Positions 10,181 through 19,890 of a stretch of DNA of 64,000 bases are shown piece after piece. The notes below the pieces were generated by a model that worked only from the letters and a program-made list of their open reading frames with translations, ran no database searches and was not told where the DNA came from. Positions within the stretch are counted from its first letter, which is position 1. Each line of letters begins with the position of its first letter. This DNA comes from Dehalococcoidia bacterium (GTDB lineage Bacteria; Chloroflexota; Dehalococcoidia; SM23-28-2): the NCBI GenBank assembly GCA_030615765.1, contig JAUWYP010000004.1, forward strand, positions 15,862-79,861. Reading direction: 5' to 3'. A program made the position numbers and the translations under genes.

Positions 10181-12034
10181 CTATCCGTAGAGAACCCTAG
10201 CTACGTCTTCGAGGCCCATCTCCGCCAGCTTGGCACGGCTGGGCTTGCAGGTCTGCTGATCCCAATCGCAGGCGGCCAGGAACTCCCGCTGCTGGGTCTC
10301 CGTGTCCAGGCTTAAGCCCTTGTGCGGACCCTCTTCCAGCGGCGGGCTGCCGATGAGCCGACCAGGGATGCGTCGCTGGGCAGGGTTGTCCCCCTCGCGC
10401 ACCTGAAAGGCCATGCGCAGGTTGGCGATGCGTTCGCCCGTCTTGAGCAGCTCCTGGTGTGTCGTATCCCAGCCGGTGACGGCGTTGATCCACTCGGGAA
10501 TGCGCTGGTCAGGGCCGGCGAGGGTGATGAACATGCACGTGCCGATGCTGTTGACGATGTGTTGATACTCGGAGATGCCTTTGTGGTGCTGGGCACGGCC
10601 ACTGGCCTGATTTCGGTCCTGCGGCGCAGGCGGCACACCCCAGTCAGACGCAATAGCACTGGGGTACTGAGTATGGCGGGCGGGCGTCGGATCCAGCTTG
10701 TAGGTGCCAAAGTACTCTGGCTGAAGCCTGGCCTCGTGCATGGGAAGCTCCTCGCCGCCCACCTCCATGGCGAAAGGCTCTGCCTCAGCGCCCAGCTTCT
10801 CGGCAGCCTTGCGAATGCCGTCTGCAAAGAGATCGCCGATGCCCTCCCGCCTGCCGATGCGGTGGATCATCTCCACAATGGCCTCGCTATTGCCCCAGGT
10901 CAGCTCCAGGCCACCCGTGTCCTCGTTGCTGATCAGACCGTTCTCATAGCACTCGATGGCGAAGGCGACGGTAGCACCGGCGGAGATGGTGTCCAGGCCG
11001 TAGGCGTTGCAGAGGTGGTTAACGCACTGGAGGGAGTCGATGTCAGCGTTAAGGGCCAAGGTGCCGAAGGCGCAGGCCGTCTCGTATTCCGCCCGATGAG
11101 TGCCCTTCGGATAGGGGAACTTGGGGTTGTCGGATTCCTTACTCTCAGCACCACAAGATAGGGGACAGTGCCAGCAGGCGTAGGTCTTGTCCATCTTGGC
11201 GTTGAATTTGTCGCCAGCGAGTTGGGGTGCCGCCGGGAAGTCAACGGTGCCAACGCCGCCCCAGTTCTTCACCGGTGAGTCACCCGTGATGGCTGAAGTG
11301 GCAGTAATGCCGGTGGTGCCAAATCCGCGGAAGAAGGAGGCAATGGGCCCGAACTCGTCGATAGAGGTGCGCACCAGGCTGCGCACGTTCTTGTCGTCGC
11401 CAGCCAGGATGTTGCGGGAGGCCAGGACGACGACGGCCTTGAGCTTCTTGGAGCCCATGACAGCACCCAGTCCGCTGCGGGCGGCCAGGCGGCCGTACTC
11501 GTTGCAGATGCCAGCCATGTAGGACAGGTTCTCGCCTGCCTGGCCAATGCAGGCGACGCTGGCCTTCTTACCGTGACGCTTCTTGAGCTCGGCCTCCGTG
11601 GTGATGGCGTCCAGGCCCCAGAGATCGCTGGCGTCCTTGATCTCGACCTTATCGTCCTCGATGAGCAGGTAGACAGGCCTGTCAGATATGCCGCTGAACA
11701 GGAGGCCGTCCCAGCCGGCATGCTTCAAGAAGGGACCGAAGTCGCCGCCGCTGTTGGCGTCGCCCCAGCCGCCGTTCTTGGGGGACTTGGCCACGACCTG
11801 ATAGCGACTCCCGAAAAGGGGGGTGCCGGTGAGGAGGCCGGGGAAGAAGCCGAGGATGTTGTCTGGGCCCAGCGCCTCAGCACCGTGAGGGATGCGGTCG
11901 AAGAGCAAGCGGGCACCCAGGCCGTAGCCGCCAATGTAGCGGCGATACACCTCCTCCGGCAGCGATTCGGACTCGCTGGCGCCCGAGCTGAGACTCACGG
12001 TGAGGATCTTGCCATTAATAGCCTTGGTCAGCAT
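10181..12034 (-). CDS. Aldehyde:ferredoxin oxidoreductase family (tungstopterin enzyme)
   Basis: The track ORF is 10181..12094. I prefer the ATG at 12034 (MLTKAINGKIL) after AGGAGAGGAG. The AOR N-terminal domain is present (YIGGYGLGARLL, GRLAARSGLGAVMGSKKLKAVVV), and the 4Fe-4S ligand motif is CWHCPLSC (CX2CX3C). Confidence 0.9.
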   Translation of the reverse strand: MLTKAINGKILTVSLSSGASESESLPEEVYRRYIGGYGLGARLLFDRIPHGAEALGPDNILGFFPGLLTGTPLFGSRYQVVAKSPKNGGWGDANSGGDFGPFLKHAGWDGLLFSGISDRPVYLLIEDDKVEIKDASDLWGLDAITTEAELKKRHGKKASVACIGQAGENLSYMAGICNEYGRLAARSGLGAVMGSKKLKAVVVLASRNILAGDDKNVRSLVRTSIDEFGPIASFFRGFGTTGITATSAITGDSPVKNWGGVGTVDFPAAPQLAGDKFNAKMDKTYACWHCPLSCGAESKESDNPKFPYPKGTHRAEYETACAFGTLALNADIDSLQCVNHLCNAYGLDTISAGATVAFAIECYENGLISNEDTGGLELTWGNSEAIVEMIHRIGRREGIGDLFADGIRKAAEKLGAEAEPFAMEVGGEELPMHEARLQPEYFGTYKLDPTPARHTQYPSAIASDWGVPPAPQDRNQASGRAQHHKGISEYQHIVNSIGTCMFITLAGPDQRIPEWINAVTGWDTTHQELLKTGERIANLRMAFQVREGDNPAQRRIPGRLIGSPPLEEGPHKGLSLDTETQQREFLAACDWDQQTCKPSRAKLAEMGLEDVARVLYG

Positions 12035-12123
12035 CTCATCTACTCCTCTCCTGAAATGGGTGCCAGTGAGCACGCTCTGAGCCGGACGAGACAAGACAAA
12101 ATAGGCTGGTGTCGGCGTGGATA

Positions 12124-12153
12124 ATCATAGGATTGCCAGGAGTAATAGGTCAA
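12124..12153 (-). promoter_or_regulatory. Candidate promoter (TTGACC-18-TATGAT) for the AOR gene
   Basis: On the minus strand, TTGACC lies at 12153-12148 and TATGAT at 12129-12124, about 85 nt upstream of the ATG at 12034. Confidence 0.35.
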
Positions 12154-12271
12154 GCCAGGCGTTCGTTCGTGCTTTGCCCGTCGCCAGCCTCCTTCCCCTG
12201 CGGCCCGTTGGCGCAGGGCCAAGGCTTGCTCGACAAGCCACCGCCCATCTGCAGCGGCACCGCCCGCGAGC

Positions 12272-12300
12272 TTGGCTTGCCGCCATCTGTGTGTTATATA
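12272..12300 (+). promoter_or_regulatory. Candidate promoter (TTGGCT-17-TATATA with TGn extended -10) for solute-binding paralogue 3
   Basis: The elements were read directly from the sequence. They sit in an AT-rich patch within a GC-rich intergenic region, about 100 nt upstream of the ATG at 12403. Confidence 0.4.
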
Positions 12301-12402
12301 TCTCCCAAGAAGAAGCCACGCCCGCCGGGATCTCTACGCCTGCAGCGACGCTTCTTCTTCCGGGGCAAGCTATTTCCTTGAGGCGGGAAGGGAGGGATCA
12401 GG

Positions 12403-13737
12403 ATGAAAGCTAGCTATCCCGCGCATCTGCCATGCAAGGTCAGGGCTCGGCTGGCTGCCCTGCTTCTGGCCTGCCTAGCCGCCATCCTCCTGCCGGTGGC
12501 CTGTGCAGAGGAAGAAGAGGAGGCGACCCCCACCCCTACTGGCACGCCCACGGCCGCCGTGACCGACACCACCACGCCAGCGGCCCAGGTGCCGGGCATC
12601 ACCGACACAGAGATAATCCTGGGAGCCGATGCCCCCCTCGCCGGGGCCATGGGGGCAGTCTACGCCACGATCCCTCAGGCCACGGGAGCCTACTTCGATT
12701 ACATCAACGATACCCAAGGAGGCGTCTGCGGTCGCAAGATCGTCTACAAGCTAGAGGACAACGGGATGGACCCCGCCAAGGCCGCTGAGGCGGTGCGTAA
12801 GCTGGTGGAGCGCGACAAGGTGTTCGCCATCGTTGGCTCCTTGGGCGACCTGCCCCACTCCGGCGTCTGGGACTACCTGAATGAGAAAGGAGTGCCCGAC
12901 ATCTTGGTTTCCGCCGGGGCTCACAAGTATGGCTCCGACCCCGAGGGGCACCCCTGGACGCTCCAGATGATCCCCGACTACACCGTCGAGGGAACGTTCT
13001 TCGGCGAGTATATCTCCGGAAACCTGCCCGGCAAGAAAGTGGCCGTTCTGTATGAGAACCAGGTCTTTGGCTACGACGGTCTGGCAGGCGTGAAGGACGG
13101 CCTGTACCCCGACAAGAATGAAATCGTCTCCGAACAGAGCTATGAGAGCACAGCTGTCTCCGTTCGCTCCCAGGTCGCCAATATGAAGAACGCCGGCGCC
13201 GAAGTGGTCGTCTTGTACGCCACCCCCGGCTACACCGCCCAGGCCGTTAAGGAGGCCAGCCAAATGGGCTGGCATCCCCAGTGGCTCATGAGCTACGTCA
13301 ATTCCGACCCCATAATCTTCCAGTTTGTCTCGGCCGAGCTCATGGAGGGTGCTATAACCCTTCAATCGTACAAGATGGCGACCTGGACTGACGATCCGGC
13401 CATAGCCGAACACCACCGGATCATGCGCGAGTACGGTGGGCCCTCGCCCACCAACTTCAGCGTCTATGCCCAGTCGCTGGGAGAAGTGGCCGTGGAGGTG
13501 CTCAGCAGAACCTGCGACAACCTGACCCGAGAGGGACTGATGGACGCCATCGAGTCCCTTACGGACTATCACAGCGACCTGCTCCTGGACGACATCAACG
13601 TCACCTTCAGCGACACTGATCACACAGCCCTGCAAACCAGCAGGATGCTGAAGCTGGTTCTGCAAGATGGCAAGGGCGCCTGGGAATACTTCGGCCCGCT
13701 ACTTGTGTACGAGGGTGGGGTAGTCCAAGAGCATTAG
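12403..13737 (+). CDS. Lipoprotein solute-binding protein, LivK-like (paralogue 3)
   Basis: GGGAGGGA SD. LPVAC-AEEEEEATPTPTG, then GITDTEIILGADAPLAGAMG. Collinear with paralogues 1, 2 and 4. Confidence 0.9.
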   Translation: MKASYPAHLPCKVRARLAALLLACLAAILLPVACAEEEEEATPTPTGTPTAAVTDTTTPAAQVPGITDTEIILGADAPLAGAMGAVYATIPQATGAYFDYINDTQGGVCGRKIVYKLEDNGMDPAKAAEAVRKLVERDKVFAIVGSLGDLPHSGVWDYLNEKGVPDILVSAGAHKYGSDPEGHPWTLQMIPDYTVEGTFFGEYISGNLPGKKVAVLYENQVFGYDGLAGVKDGLYPDKNEIVSEQSYESTAVSVRSQVANMKNAGAEVVVLYATPGYTAQAVKEASQMGWHPQWLMSYVNSDPIIFQFVSAELMEGAITLQSYKMATWTDDPAIAEHHRIMREYGGPSPTNFSVYAQSLGEVAVEVLSRTCDNLTREGLMDAIESLTDYHSDLLLDDINVTFSDTDHTALQTSRMLKLVLQDGKGAWEYFGPLLVYEGGVVQEH

Positions 13738-13842
13738 AGCTCAACCACAGCGCGCAGTCTAACCCGGAAGGGCGTACCCTTCCAGAGTTCGCTCCCGGCA
13801 GATGTTGGAAGAGCACTTTCGATGGTAGTAGGAGAGTCTAAG

Positions 13843-15159
13843 ATGAGACTCAAACAGGCGATTCCTCTGTCAGCTAAGCCCGGCGCTCTGTTCGCCGTTC
13901 TGTTCCTGGCGTGCCTGGCGGCGATCCCCCTACTGACCGGCTGCGGAGAGGAAGAAGAGGAGGTGACCCCCACCCCCGCCGGCACGCCCGCGGCCACGGT
14001 GACTGGCACCGCCACGCCAGCGGCGGAGGTGCCGGGCATCACGGACACAGAGATAATCCTGGGAGCTCATCTCATCCTTGGTGGGCCTTTCGGCGCCGCC
14101 TTCCGCATGATCCCCGACGCTACAGCAGCCTACTTCAGGTACATCAACGACACCCAGGGGGGCGTCTGCGGTCGCGAGATCGTGTACAAGATGGAAGATA
14201 ACAACAACGACCCGGCGCAGGGCCTTGAGGCCGTCCGTAAGCTGATAGAGCGAGACCAAGTCTTCGCCCTGGTCGGCTCTCTGGGGGACGACTCTGAGGC
14301 CGCCGCCTGGGACTATATAAACGAGCGGGGTGTGCCCGACATATTTCTATCGGCAGGAGCCCATCGATTCGGCACCGACCCCCAGGGTCACCCCTGGACC
14401 GTCCCGCTGATCCCCAGCTACACCATCGAGGGGACGTTCCTCGGCGAGTACATCTCCGAGAACCTGCCGGGCGAGAAAGTGGCCGTTCTCTACGAGAATG
14501 CCCTTCAGGGCTGGGACGAGCTAGCAGGCCTCAAGCTGGGACTCGATCCTGACAAGAACGAACTGGTCACCGCGCAGAGCTTCGAGCTCACAGCCATTTC
14601 TATTAGGTCCCAAGTGGCCAACATGAAGAACTCTGGCGCCGCCGTGGCCGTCTATCTCACCGGCCCCGGCCAGGTTGGCCAGGCCATCAAGGAGGCGGAC
14701 CGCCTGGGCTGGCACCCCGCTATCTTCATGAGCTACACTTCTGCCGACGATATCATGTTTCAGTTCGTCTCGCCCGAGCTTCTGGAGGGAGCCATCACCC
14801 TCCAGGCCTTCAAGCTGGCGACAATGAGGGAAGACCCGGCAGTGGCCAGACACTATGACCTCATGAGGGAGTACGGCGGGCCCGCGCCCTCCAACTTCAC
14901 CATCTATGCCCAGTTGGTGGGCGAACTGACGGTGGAAGCCCTCGGCAAGACCTGCGACAACCTGACCCGAGAGGGCTTAATGGACGCTGTTGAGTCTATT
15001 AAGGACTGGCACAGCGACCTGCTCCTGGACGAGGTCAACGTCACCTTGAGCGACACCGATCACATCGCCCTCCAGACCGCCAGGATGCTGCGAGTTATCA
15101 TCGAGGATGGGAAGGCCAGGTTCGAGTACTTCGGCCCGCTATACGTGTTCGAGGACTAA
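13843..15159 (+). CDS. Lipoprotein solute-binding protein, LivK-like (paralogue 4)
   Basis: The track ORF is 13822..15159. I prefer the ATG at 13843 (MRLKQAIPL) after GGAGAG. LLTGC-GEEEEEVTPTPAG is present. The N-terminal coding DNA is almost identical to paralogue 3. Confidence 0.9.
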   Translation: MRLKQAIPLSAKPGALFAVLFLACLAAIPLLTGCGEEEEEVTPTPAGTPAATVTGTATPAAEVPGITDTEIILGAHLILGGPFGAAFRMIPDATAAYFRYINDTQGGVCGREIVYKMEDNNNDPAQGLEAVRKLIERDQVFALVGSLGDDSEAAAWDYINERGVPDIFLSAGAHRFGTDPQGHPWTVPLIPSYTIEGTFLGEYISENLPGEKVAVLYENALQGWDELAGLKLGLDPDKNELVTAQSFELTAISIRSQVANMKNSGAAVAVYLTGPGQVGQAIKEADRLGWHPAIFMSYTSADDIMFQFVSPELLEGAITLQAFKLATMREDPAVARHYDLMREYGGPAPSNFTIYAQLVGELTVEALGKTCDNLTREGLMDAVESIKDWHSDLLLDEVNVTLSDTDHIALQTARMLRVIIEDGKARFEYFGPLYVFED

Positions 15160-15211
15160 GGATCAACGCTTAGCGCCGGATAGCCGCTAAACCGCGCCTT
15201 GGCTGGCGAGG

Positions 15212-16114
15212 CTAGTCTTGCTGCTCGTCTTCTCGCCTGCCTTTGAGGAAGTCCTCCAGTTCCTCGATCAGAATGTCGCCGCCGGGAAGCTCGGCACCTC
15301 CCGCCCCGGCCGCCGCCTCCTCCTCCGACAGGGCATCCGACCGGTGCTCCAGCTCCTGGACGTAGGCAGCGATCTCCAGATTGCGGGCGATTGCCCCAGC
15401 CACATCCCTCTCGAAATCGGCCACCGCCTTCTCAAGCCCGCCAAGGTCAAGGCCAAGATCGAGGAGAATGTCCAAACTGTGAAGGAGCGCCGCGGCCCCC
15501 TTGGGGTTCTCTGTTGCCCCCAAGTAGTGCGGCACGCCTGCCCACAGGCTGGCCGCCGACAGCTCTTGCCGCCGGCAGGCATCGTGTATTGTGCCGACAA
15601 TGCCGGTAGGCCCCTCGTAGCGGGTGGGCACGATACGTAGTTGCTCCAGCCTCGCCGCCAATTCTGAGTCGGTGGCGAAGCCGGTCAAAGGCACTGAACG
15701 AGAGTGCGGCGTCTCGCTCAGAAGTGCGCCAAGACCGACCGCCAGGGTCACACCACACTGCTGGGCGACCTGAAGAACGGCCCCCGTAAATGCCCGCCAC
15801 TTCAGATGGGGCTCGGTGCCAAGGAGAAGGACGAAATCTCGGCTCAGGGCGGGGTCTGCCTTGTAGAAGAAGGCATTGCTGGGCCACTCAACTTCCCGCT
15901 GCTGGCCCGGAGCGAGGCGGATCGTGGGCCGCGCACTGGTGAAATCGAAGAACTCCTCGGGGTCGATGCTGGCGAATCTCTCGGCCGACCACCCCTCGAT
16001 CAGAAAGCGCACCGCCGAGGTCGCTGCCTGACCGGCATCATTCCACCCGCCGAAGGCCATCACCAGAACTGGGCTACGCAGGGAAGGCAACTCCGCCACT
16101 TCAAGATAGCTCAT
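15212..16114 (-). CDS. PAC2 (proteasome assembly chaperone 2-like) family protein
   Basis: 300-aa ORF. The sequences LVMAFGGWNDAGQAAT, LLLGTEPHLKW, YEGPTGIVG, and the acidic C-terminus are characteristic of bacterial PAC2-family proteins. Confidence 0.75.
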   Translation of the reverse strand: MSYLEVAELPSLRSPVLVMAFGGWNDAGQAATSAVRFLIEGWSAERFASIDPEEFFDFTSARPTIRLAPGQQREVEWPSNAFFYKADPALSRDFVLLLGTEPHLKWRAFTGAVLQVAQQCGVTLAVGLGALLSETPHSRSVPLTGFATDSELAARLEQLRIVPTRYEGPTGIVGTIHDACRRQELSAASLWAGVPHYLGATENPKGAAALLHSLDILLDLGLDLGGLEKAVADFERDVAGAIARNLEIAAYVQELEHRSDALSEEEAAAGAGGAELPGGDILIEELEDFLKGRREDEQQD

Positions 16115-16309
16115 CTAAGGCACGCCTCGGCATTCATGTTGACCCCGCCCCAGGTGGGTTCGCCCTCAAGGACAGAGTAGCCCCACAGCGGCCAGGGGCG
16201 CAATACCCCTAGCGCATTTGCCCCCTTGTTCGCCAGGGAAGACAGGCACGCTTGAACCACCTGCCCTTCCCAGCCTAAGATTAGCTCACCTAGCGAAGAC
16301 GGCACAGCT

Positions 16310-17131
16310 ATGGCCGAGTCTCAAGGAAGCCCAAGACGCCCGTTTCTGGACGGAGTTCACCCCCTGGCCTTTGCCCATCGAGGTGGCGGCAAACTCTGGC
16401 CAGAGAACACGATGGTGGCCTTCCAGGGAGCCGTTCAGCTGGGATGCCGCTATCTGGAAACGGACCTCCACACCACCAGAGACGGGGTCATGGTTACCAT
16501 CCACGACGAGACCGTGGACCGCATCAGCGATGGCTCCGGCCCTGTCCGCGCTTTCACCCTGGCCGAACTGAAGCGACTCGATGCCGGCTACCGCTTCTCC
16601 CCCGACGGAGGCCGCACCTTCCCCTTCCGAGGAAAAGGCGTCACAGTCCCCACCTTCGCTGAAGTGACGCAAGCCTTCCCCGATATCTGCCTCAACCTCG
16701 ACATCAAGCAGAGGCAGCCTCCCATGGTTGAGGCCCTGGTCACCTTCATCGAGGAGCAGGACGCTCACGATCGCATCCTCGTGGGCTCCTTGCACGATCG
16801 AATCCTGCGGGACTTCCGCCGACGGACGGGCGGCCGCGTGGCCACCTCCGCCGCCAGTTGGGAGGCGCGCCTGTTCTGGCTGGCCAGCCGCCTGGGCCTT
16901 ACGCGCTTCCTTCCCATCCCCTACGATGCTCTCCAAGTCCCACCCCGCCACGGCCCCCTTTCCGTGGTAGACCGTCGCTTCGTCCAGGCTGCCCATCGCC
17001 TTGGCATCGAGGTGCATGTATGGACCATCGACGAAAGCGAGGAGATGCGTCGCCTGCTCAGCCTTGGGGTGGACGGCCTGATGTCGGACAGGCCCGACCT
17101 CCTGCTCGATGTCCTGAAGGTGGCAGGATAA
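16310..17131 (+). CDS. Glycerophosphodiester phosphodiesterase family protein
   Basis: GDPD motifs are AHRGG, WPENT, ETDLHTTRDGVMVTIHDETVDR, and VHVWTID. The long antisense ORF 16286..17386 is rejected. Confidence 0.85.
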   Translation: MAESQGSPRRPFLDGVHPLAFAHRGGGKLWPENTMVAFQGAVQLGCRYLETDLHTTRDGVMVTIHDETVDRISDGSGPVRAFTLAELKRLDAGYRFSPDGGRTFPFRGKGVTVPTFAEVTQAFPDICLNLDIKQRQPPMVEALVTFIEEQDAHDRILVGSLHDRILRDFRRRTGGRVATSAASWEARLFWLASRLGLTRFLPIPYDALQVPPRHGPLSVVDRRFVQAAHRLGIEVHVWTIDESEEMRRLLSLGVDGLMSDRPDLLLDVLKVAG

Positions 17132-17161
17132 GTGTTCAGCCGTCGCCAAGCCGAGTTGCGG

Positions 17162-17995
17162 ATGACTGAACTGCAAACCAGGCGACTGGGTAGAACCGGC
17201 CTGCTGGTCACGGAGCTCGGCTTCGGAGCAGCGAGCGTCGCTGACGTCCCCGAGGGCGAAGAGACGCTGCTCAGGGCCTTCTCCCTGGGCATCAACTTCG
17301 TAGAGACGGGGCGATGCTACAAGGGCAGCGAGTACCTCATCGGGAGAGCGCTCCAAAGACTGGGCCAGAGTGGCAGCGGCATACACGTGGCAAGCAAAAC
17401 CCTGAAGCGCTCAAGGGACGGTGCCTTGAGCGATCTGGAGAGAAGCCTTAGCCACCTCGGCCTGCCAAAGGTGGCCATCTATCAGCTAAACAGCGTGGAC
17501 GAGGAGGCGTGGGGGCAGGTTATGGCCAACGGCGGGGCCCTGCATGGCCTCAAGGAGGCCCGGGAGTGCGGGCTTGTGGACTACATAGGGATTTCCAGCC
17601 ACACGGTGGAGGTTCTGCGCCGAGCGATAGAGAGCCAGGAGTTCGACACCATCCAGACAAAGTACAGCGCCTTCAACACGGCGGGGGAAGCCCTCATCCG
17701 CCTGGCACAGGAGCGCGATATCGGCGTCATCGCCATGAAGCCCCTCGGCGGCTTCGGAATGCTCGGCTGGCTCAAGTCCTCTCGTTACGCCAGGTTCCTG
17801 AATGCCAGAACGCTTCTCCGCTATGCCCTGTCTAGTCAATACCTATCGGTGGTGATCCCGGGAATGCGCTTTCCCTGGGAAGCGGAGCAAAACGTAGCAG
17901 TCGCGACCTCTCACGATCGCATGACGCCTGCTCAGAGGGAACGCCTTCGCAGGCGGGCGCAGGCCTTCCTGGCGGAGGCGGCCAGGGCAGTGTAG
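17162..17995 (+). CDS. Aldo/keto reductase family oxidoreductase
   Basis: MTELQTRRLGRTGLLVTELGFGAA is a typical AKR N-terminus. The track start at 17132 (GTG directly after the upstream stop) remains possible. Confidence 0.8.
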   Translation: MTELQTRRLGRTGLLVTELGFGAASVADVPEGEETLLRAFSLGINFVETGRCYKGSEYLIGRALQRLGQSGSGIHVASKTLKRSRDGALSDLERSLSHLGLPKVAIYQLNSVDEEAWGQVMANGGALHGLKEARECGLVDYIGISSHTVEVLRRAIESQEFDTIQTKYSAFNTAGEALIRLAQERDIGVIAMKPLGGFGMLGWLKSSRYARFLNARTLLRYALSSQYLSVVIPGMRFPWEAEQNVAVATSHDRMTPAQRERLRRRAQAFLAEAARAV

Positions 17996-18005
17996 GCCGC
18001 CAGCA

Positions 18006-18932
18006 TCAATCGCCCTCTCTTGCCGATGCCTCCGCGCTCTCTCTAGCTTGCCTCATCGCCTCCAAAGCACGCTCTATGAGCTCCAGGACGGCGGCCTTTT
18101 CTTCGGGGAACTTGTACCCTTCCCAGTCCTGCCTGAATATCGGCGGATTGGCGTGGTGGTCGAAACAGACCCTGGAGGTCACGTCCAGACCCTCGATCAG
18201 GGCGCCGATCTCTGCCAGAACCTCGTAGCGCGACAGCGGTGCGAATTCCCCTGCAGCATACTCGTCCCACAGCGGCGTGCCAGGGACGAGCATGAGGGAC
18301 CGCACCCTGATGTAGTGAGGATCGATGGCGTTCAGCACCCTCGCCGTTCCCTGCACGTGCTGTCGCGACGCGCCCTTGCCTCCTAGGCCAGGCATCACGT
18401 ATTCGGACAGCTCAAATCCCGCTTCCTTGGCTTTGCTGCCCGCTTCTATCATCTCGGCCACGGTTGCGCCCTTCTTCACCCGCCGCAGCACTTCATCGTC
18501 GCCAGTCTCCAGGCCCAGGTGCAACCTAGTGAGGCCCGCCTCTCTCAGTTTCTCCAGTTCGTCTGGCTTCTTACTTAGAACGGTCTTCGCTCTCCCGTAC
18601 GAGGTAATCCGCTCCAGCGATGGGAATACTTGATACAGATAGCTGATTATCTGAGTCAAGTCCTCTGTCTTGATCACAATGGCGTTGGAGTCCGCCACGA
18701 ACGCCGTCCTCGGCTCCCCCTCGTAACCCTGCAGATACAGATGGTCTAAGGAAGCCCTCAACTCATCTATGTCTTCTTTTACCTCAGCGACGGAGCGGAT
18801 GGTGTTCTTGCGGGGGAAGCCCTTGTAGACCGGGCAGAACGTGCAGTAGTTCCAGGGGCAACCCCTCATGACCCTTATGAGCAGAGAGTAGGCCTCGCTA
18901 GGGGGCCTAATGGGCGGCAATTCATATGGCAC
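18006..18932 (-). CDS. Radical SAM domain protein with atypical CX4CX2C cluster motif
   Basis: 308-aa ORF with RGCPWNYCTFCPVY near the N-terminus, a TIM-barrel-like body (RLHLGLETGDDEVL), and no recognisable partner gene. Confidence 0.7.
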   Translation of the reverse strand: MPYELPPIRPPSEAYSLLIRVMRGCPWNYCTFCPVYKGFPRKNTIRSVAEVKEDIDELRASLDHLYLQGYEGEPRTAFVADSNAIVIKTEDLTQIISYLYQVFPSLERITSYGRAKTVLSKKPDELEKLREAGLTRLHLGLETGDDEVLRRVKKGATVAEMIEAGSKAKEAGFELSEYVMPGLGGKGASRQHVQGTARVLNAIDPHYIRVRSLMLVPGTPLWDEYAAGEFAPLSRYEVLAEIGALIEGLDVTSRVCFDHHANPPIFRQDWEGYKFPEEKAAVLELIERALEAMRQARESAEASAREGD

Positions 18933-19175
18933 GGTACTACCTCGCTCCTCAGTTCATTCTAGAGCACCTTTCCCGGAAAAGCATCTCCGAAGCGACTGCT
19001 GGATGCTGGCCACCGCCACGAGTTGGAAGATTTAGTGAGAATTCGTCGCAATTTCGGGCAGATTTCCTGGAAATTTGTCGGCTTTCCCCTACCGAGATGG
19101 CTTTGCCGATGATAGGCTGGTACTAGAAGCACGCTGAGGCAAAGGCCCCCTGCGTGCGCAAGGGACGGCATTCCT

Positions 19176-19877
19176 TTGAGATCATACCCTATCAATCTGG
19201 TCGGTCTGGCGGACAGACGCTGCGTCGTGGTGGGAGGTGGCGAGGTGGCGCAGCGCAAGGTGGAGTCCCTCATGGAAGCGGGCGCAGACCGAGTAGCGGT
19301 GATCAGCCCTCACCTGACTCACAAGCTAAGGGCGCTCTTGCAAGCGAAGCGGATCGAGCATCGCCCTCGAGGTTACCAGCAGGGAGACCTTGAGGGTGCT
19401 TTCGTTGTCATCGCGGCAACGGACGACCCAGACGTGAACAAGCAAGTGTGGCAGGAGGCCCAGGAAAGGCACCTTCTGGTCAACGTGGTTGACGATCCCC
19501 AGCACTGCAACTTCTTCGTGCCGTCTGTAGTGCGAAGGGGAGACCTGACGATCAGCATCTGTACTGGAGGGCAAGACCCAGCCCTTTCGGCTCGCTTGCG
19601 CCAGGAACTTGAGCCCCGCTTTGGCCGCGAATATGCCGCTTTCCTGGAGATGGCGGGGGCTCTCAGAGACCGCGTCGGCAGAGAGCTTTCAGGCCGGGCC
19701 CGCTCTCGCTTCTGGAACGCCCTGGCCGATTCAGAAATATTAGCCTTGCTCAAGCAGGGGAAACGGCAAGAGGCGAAACTGCTGGCGAACGACATCCTCG
19801 CCGCTCACGTCCTGAAAGCCAAGGGCCGCGGGCGTAGGGAAATCCCCTCCCTCCAAGACAGGCAGAGCGAGGCATAA
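19176..19877 (+). CDS. Precorrin-2 dehydrogenase / sirohydrochlorin ferrochelatase (SirC/Met8/CysG-N type)
   Basis: Rossmann motif VVVGGGEVAQRKV, then VNVVDDPQHCNFFVPSVVRRGDLTISICTGG, which is typical of the siroheme synthase N-terminal domain. Confidence 0.85.
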   Translation: MRSYPINLVGLADRRCVVVGGGEVAQRKVESLMEAGADRVAVISPHLTHKLRALLQAKRIEHRPRGYQQGDLEGAFVVIAATDDPDVNKQVWQEAQERHLLVNVVDDPQHCNFFVPSVVRRGDLTISICTGGQDPALSARLRQELEPRFGREYAAFLEMAGALRDRVGRELSGRARSRFWNALADSEILALLKQGKRQEAKLLANDILAAHVLKAKGRGRREIPSLQDRQSEA

Positions 19878-19890
19878 CGCTCGAGGAGGG

